This document shows positions 59,351 to 64,000 of a stretch of DNA of 64,000 bases, in pieces. The translations under genes were made by a program, and so were the position numbers. Numbering within the stretch: position 1 is the stretch's first letter; each line of letters begins with the position of its first letter. The notes beneath the pieces were generated by a model, which did not search any database, had not been told where the DNA came from, and worked only from the letters and a program-made list of their open reading frames with translations. The stretch comes from an uncultured Gemmatimonadales bacterium (GTDB lineage: Bacteria; Gemmatimonadota; Gemmatimonadetes; Gemmatimonadales; GWC2-71-9), in contig CAWGSK010000012.1 in the NCBI GenBank assembly GCA_963825055.1, positions 32,001 to 96,000 on the forward strand, in the 5' to 3' direction.

Positions 59351-61441
59351 ATGGCACGGGAAACTCCACTCCAGCACTACCGCAATATCGGCATCATGGC
59401 GCACATCGATGCCGGGAAGACCACCACCACGGAGCGCATCCTCTTCTACACCGGCAAGAACTACAAAATCGGTGAGGTGCACGAGGGCGCGGCGACGATG
59501 GACTGGATGGAGCAGGAGCAGGAGCGGGGGATCACCATCACGTCCGCCGCCACCACCTGTTTCTGGAAGCGGAACGACACCCTGATCCGGATCAACCTGA
59601 TCGACACCCCGGGCCACGTGGACTTCACGGCCGAGGTGGAGCGGTCGCTCCGGGTGCTGGACGGGGCGGTGGCCGTGCTGGACGCGGTGAGCGGCGTCGA
59701 GCCCCAGACCGAGACGGTCTGGCGCCAGGCGGACCGCTACGGCGTGCCGCGGATCATCTTCGTCAACAAGATGGACCGGGTCGGCGCCGATTTCGACCGC
59801 TGCCTGACCATGATCAGGGACCGTCTGGGCTGCCGTGCCATCCCGATCCAGATTCCCCTGGGCTCCGCCGAGCTGTTCACCGGCCACATCGACATCATCC
59901 GCCGGATGGAGCGGGTCTTCGACGACGAGTCACTCGGCGCCAAGTGGTACGACGGCCCGGTGCCCGACGCCTTCACCGAGCGGGTGTCGACACTCCGGCA
60001 CGAGCTCATCGAGGCCGTGGCCGAGACGGACGACGCCCTGCTCGAGAAGTACCTCGGTGGAGAGGAACTCACCGAGGACGAGATCCGCGCGGGGCTCCGC
60101 AAGGCGACCATCGCGGGGCAGGTGGTGCCGGTGCTCTGCGGCAGTGCCTTCAAGAACAAGGGTGTCCAGTCGCTGCTCGATGCGGTGGTGGACTACCTGC
60201 CCAGCCCGATGGAAGTGCCGGCCATCACCGGGCACGAGCCCCTGCATGACGACACCCATATCCAGCGCCGGACGGCGGACAACGAGCCGCTGGCGGCGCT
60301 GGTATTCAAGATCATGACCGACCCGTACGTGGGCCGGCTGTCATATTTCCGGGTCTACTCCGGCACCCTCAAGGCAGGGAGCCACGTCTACAACAGCAGC
60401 AAGGACACCCGGGAACGGGTCGGCCGCCTCCTGCAGATGCACGCGAACAAGCGAGAGGAGATCGAGGAGGTCCGCGCCGGTGACATCGCCGCCGGGATCG
60501 GCCTCAAGGCAGCGCGGACCGGCGATACCCTCTGTGACGAGGACAAGCCGATCATCCTGGAGGCGATGAAGTTCCCGAACCCGGTGATCGACGTTGCCAT
60601 CGAGCCCAAGACCAAGGCCGACCAGGACAAGCTGGCCATGGCGATGCAGAAGCTGGCCGAGGAAGATCCGACCTTCCAGGTCCGGACCGACCAGGAGACC
60701 GGCCAGACCATCATCGCCGGCATGGGTGAGCTCCACCTGGAGATCCTGGTGGACCGGATGAAGCGGGAGTTCAAGGTGGAGGCCAATGTCGGCCGCCCGC
60801 GGGTGGCCTACCGCGAGACCATCACGAAGAAGGTGGAAAAGGTCGAGGGCAAGTTCGTCCGGCAATCGGGCGGCAAGGGCCAGTACGGCCACGTGGTGAT
60901 CAACCTCGAGCCGGCCGAGGCGGGCGCGGGGTTCGTTTTCGAGGACAAGATCGTGGGTGGCGTCATTCCCCGGGAATTCATCAAGCCGGTGGAGGCGGGC
61001 ATCAGGGAGGCCCTGGAGAACGGGATCCTGGCCGGCTACCCCATGGTGGACGTCAAGGCCAGCCTGGTCTACGGCAGCTACCACGATGTGGACAGCTCGG
61101 AAATGGCGTTCAAGATCGCCGGCTCCATGGCGGTCAAGGAGGCGGCCCGGATGGCGCGTCCGGTGATCCTGGAGCCGGTCATGGAGGTCGAGGTCGTGGC
61201 CCCGGGCGAGTATCTGGGTGACGTCATCGGCGATCTCTCCAGCCGGAGGGGCAAGATCGGCGGCATGACCCAGCGGGGCGAGGCCCAGGTGGTGGCGGCC
61301 ACGGTGCCGCTGGGCGAGATGTTCGGCTATTCCACGACGCTCCGGTCGATGAGCCAGGGGCGCGCGGTCTACTCGATGGAGTTCGACCACTACGAAGAGG
61401 TCCCCAAGGCGATTGCCGAGGAGATTATCGCCAAGAAATAG
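59351..61441 (+). CDS. fusA: Elongation factor G
   Basis: [35 protein letters not shown]. Confidence 0.99.
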   Translation: MARETPLQHYRNIGIMAHIDAGKTTTTERILFYTGKNYKIGEVHEGAATMDWMEQEQERGITITSAATTCFWKRNDTLIRINLIDTPGHVDFTAEVERSLRVLDGAVAVLDAVSGVEPQTETVWRQADRYGVPRIIFVNKMDRVGADFDRCLTMIRDRLGCRAIPIQIPLGSAELFTGHIDIIRRMERVFDDESLGAKWYDGPVPDAFTERVSTLRHELIEAVAETDDALLEKYLGGEELTEDEIRAGLRKATIAGQVVPVLCGSAFKNKGVQSLLDAVVDYLPSPMEVPAITGHEPLHDDTHIQRRTADNEPLAALVFKIMTDPYVGRLSYFRVYSGTLKAGSHVYNSSKDTRERVGRLLQMHANKREEIEEVRAGDIAAGIGLKAARTGDTLCDEDKPIILEAMKFPNPVIDVAIEPKTKADQDKLAMAMQKLAEEDPTFQVRTDQETGQTIIAGMGELHLEILVDRMKREFKVEANVGRPRVAYRETITKKVEKVEGKFVRQSGGKGQYGHVVINLEPAEAGAGFVFEDKIVGGVIPREFIKPVEAGIREALENGILAGYPMVDVKASLVYGSYHDVDSSEMAFKIAGSMAVKEAARMARPVILEPVMEVEVVAPGEYLGDVIGDLSSRRGKIGGMTQRGEAQVVAATVPLGEMFGYSTTLRSMSQGRAVYSMEFDHYEEVPKAIAEEIIAKK

Positions 61442-61515
61442 TGAATAGTGATTAGTGCCTGGAGGGCAGGCTCCACGCGGGTCACCCCAGCCCTGATTCA
61501 CTAATCACTATTCAC
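61441..61515. repeat. 17-bp perfect inverted repeat built from heptamer units, after fusA
   Basis: GTGAATAGTGATTAGTG ... CACTAATCACTATTCAC. Confidence 0.85.
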
Positions 61516-61564
61516 GACTCACTTGGAGGTCGCGGGAGGCAGGTGAGGGTCTCCTCCCTCCCCA

Positions 61565-61592
61565 TTGACTTACCCCGGACAGGGATTAATTT
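61565..61592 (+). promoter_or_regulatory. Possible sigma70 promoter upstream of tuf copy 2 and rpsJ
   Basis: TTGACT-16 bp-TAATTT. Confidence 0.5.
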
Positions 61593-61859
61593 TTCGGGGC
61601 TCCGGGAGAACGGCGTTTTCCCGGGAAGACAACGGGTTACGTGACGCGGAATTCGGCGCCACCTCTGTCCCTCCAGCACAACGCGTCGGTCCTGTGGTTC
61701 GGGACCTCATCCAGGGCGGTAGTGCCCGGATGCGCGCGGAGCGATACCACCGGGTTACGGCCCGGGCTCGGTCGCCCCGCTTTTTCGTTGGGGGTCGGGG
61801 CGGGCTGCCGGTTGGCGATCACAAGGTCGAGTACAGCTTTCTTCACGGAGTATGCCAGG

Positions 61860-63053
<1,194 letters not shown>

Positions 63054-63080
63054 GACTCGCGGGAGCACTGAGGACTACCT

Positions 63081-63389
63081 ATGGCAGGCAAGATCCGCAT
63101 CCGGCTCAAGGCGTTTGACCACGTCGTGCTGGACCAGGCCGCGGCCGACATCGTGCGCACGGCCGAGAAGACCGGCGCCCAGATTTCCGGCCCCATCCCG
63201 CTTCCGGTGAAGATCGAGCGGTGGACGGTGCTGCGCAGCCCGCACGTGGACAAGAAGAGCCGTGAGCAGTTCGAGCTCCGGACGCACAAGCGGCTGCTGG
63301 ATATCAACGACTCCCGGTCCCAGACGGTGGACGCGCTGACGAAGCTGGATCTGCCGGCCGGGGTCGACGTCGAGATCAAGGTCGAATAG
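63081..63389 (+). CDS. rpsJ: 30S ribosomal protein S10
   Basis: [24 protein letters not shown]. Confidence 0.99.
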   Translation: MAGKIRIRLKAFDHVVLDQAAADIVRTAEKTGAQISGPIPLPVKIERWTVLRSPHVDKKSREQFELRTHKRLLDINDSRSQTVDALTKLDLPAGVDVEIKVE

Positions 63390-63391
63390 CC

Positions 63392-64000
63392 ATGGCACTC
63401 GGACTGATCGGTCGGAAGCTCGGGATGACCCGGGTGTTCACGGAGGACGGCAACTCGATCCCGGTGACGGTGATCGAGGCCGGGCCCTGCCGGGTGACGC
63501 GCGTGAGCGAGGGCATCGTGCAGCTCGGCTTCGGCAGCAAGCGCGCCGTGCGCACCACGAAGGCGGAGCTCGGCCACGTGAAGGCGGCCGGCCTCGAGGC
63601 GGCGCCGCGGATCCTGCGTGCCTTCCCCCGTGACGCGGACGCGCCGGAACTCGGCAGCGAGGTCACGGTGGGCATGTTTGCTCCCGGCGACGTGGTCAAG
63701 GTGAGCGGCCGGAGCAAGGGCCGCGGTTTCCAGGGTGTGGTGCACCGTTACGGCTTCGGCGGCGGCCCCGCCTCCCACGGCAACACGCGGCACCGCAAGC
63801 CGGGCTCCATCGGGCCGGGCACCAACCCCTCGCGGGTCATCAAGGGGAAGCGGATGCCCGGGCACATGGGCGACCATCGCCATACCGAACTGGGGCTCTC
63901 GGTCGTGAAGATCGATCCCGAGCGCAACCTGCTGTTCGTCCGGGGCGCTGTCCCGGGTTCGAAGAACGGCATCGTGGTCGTGCGCAAGCAGGAGAGGAAG
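63392..64000 (+). CDS. rplC: 50S ribosomal protein L3 (3' truncated by window edge)
   Basis: My translation: [16 protein letters not shown]...SKGRGFQG...[10 protein letters not shown]. Confidence 0.97.
   Translation, partial: MALGLIGRKLGMTRVFTEDGNSIPVTVIEAGPCRVTRVSEGIVQLGFGSKRAVRTTKAELGHVKAAGLEAAPRILRAFPRDADAPELGSEVTVGMFAPGDVVKVSGRSKGRGFQGVVHRYGFGGGPASHGNTRHRKPGSIGPGTNPSRVIKGKRMPGHMGDHRHTELGLSVVKIDPERNLLFVRGAVPGSKNGIVVVRKQERK

Overview
High-GC bacterial chromosome segment. Gene content and style suggest Gemmatimonadota, but this is inference only. In order: (1) the end of a [NiFe]-hydrogenase locus (cytochrome b subunit, maturation protease, hypABFCDE) running into a cytochrome c maturation cluster (ccmE/F/H) bracketed by zinc-ribbon proteins. 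(2) A mixed accessory region with a lipoprotein, threonine dehydratase, a heavily frameshifted Rieske/FAD reductase, a cupredoxin, DUF4142 and a SufR-like regulator. (3) A minus-strand TPR / macro-domain / transglutaminase-like / ABC / threonine aldolase operon. (4) uvrA, an MFS transporter, an S9 dipeptidyl peptidase and sdaAB/sdaAA. (5) A tandem array of five small paralogous membrane proteins (TM + coiled coil, ELEER(L/V)(D/E)FxERLL; a sixth copy lies at 28.6 kb) directly before a CesT/YbjN-like chaperone gene and pspA. (6) DUF1611, MscS, cysS and four tRNAs. (7) The core tuf-rpmG-secE-nusG-rplKAJL-rpoBC / rpsL-rpsG-fusA-tuf-rpsJ-rplC cluster. A compositionally distinct three-gene island (secreted 6-Cys peptide, thioredoxin-fold protein, beta-propeller lipoprotein) is inserted between rpoC and rpsL. 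Many intergenic regions carry 7-9 nt tandem repeat arrays, often as inverted pairs. The best candidates for an undescribed system are the expanded PspB-like array with its chaperone and PspA, and the Cys-rich peptide island. All calls are from motif recognition by eye; no searches were run.
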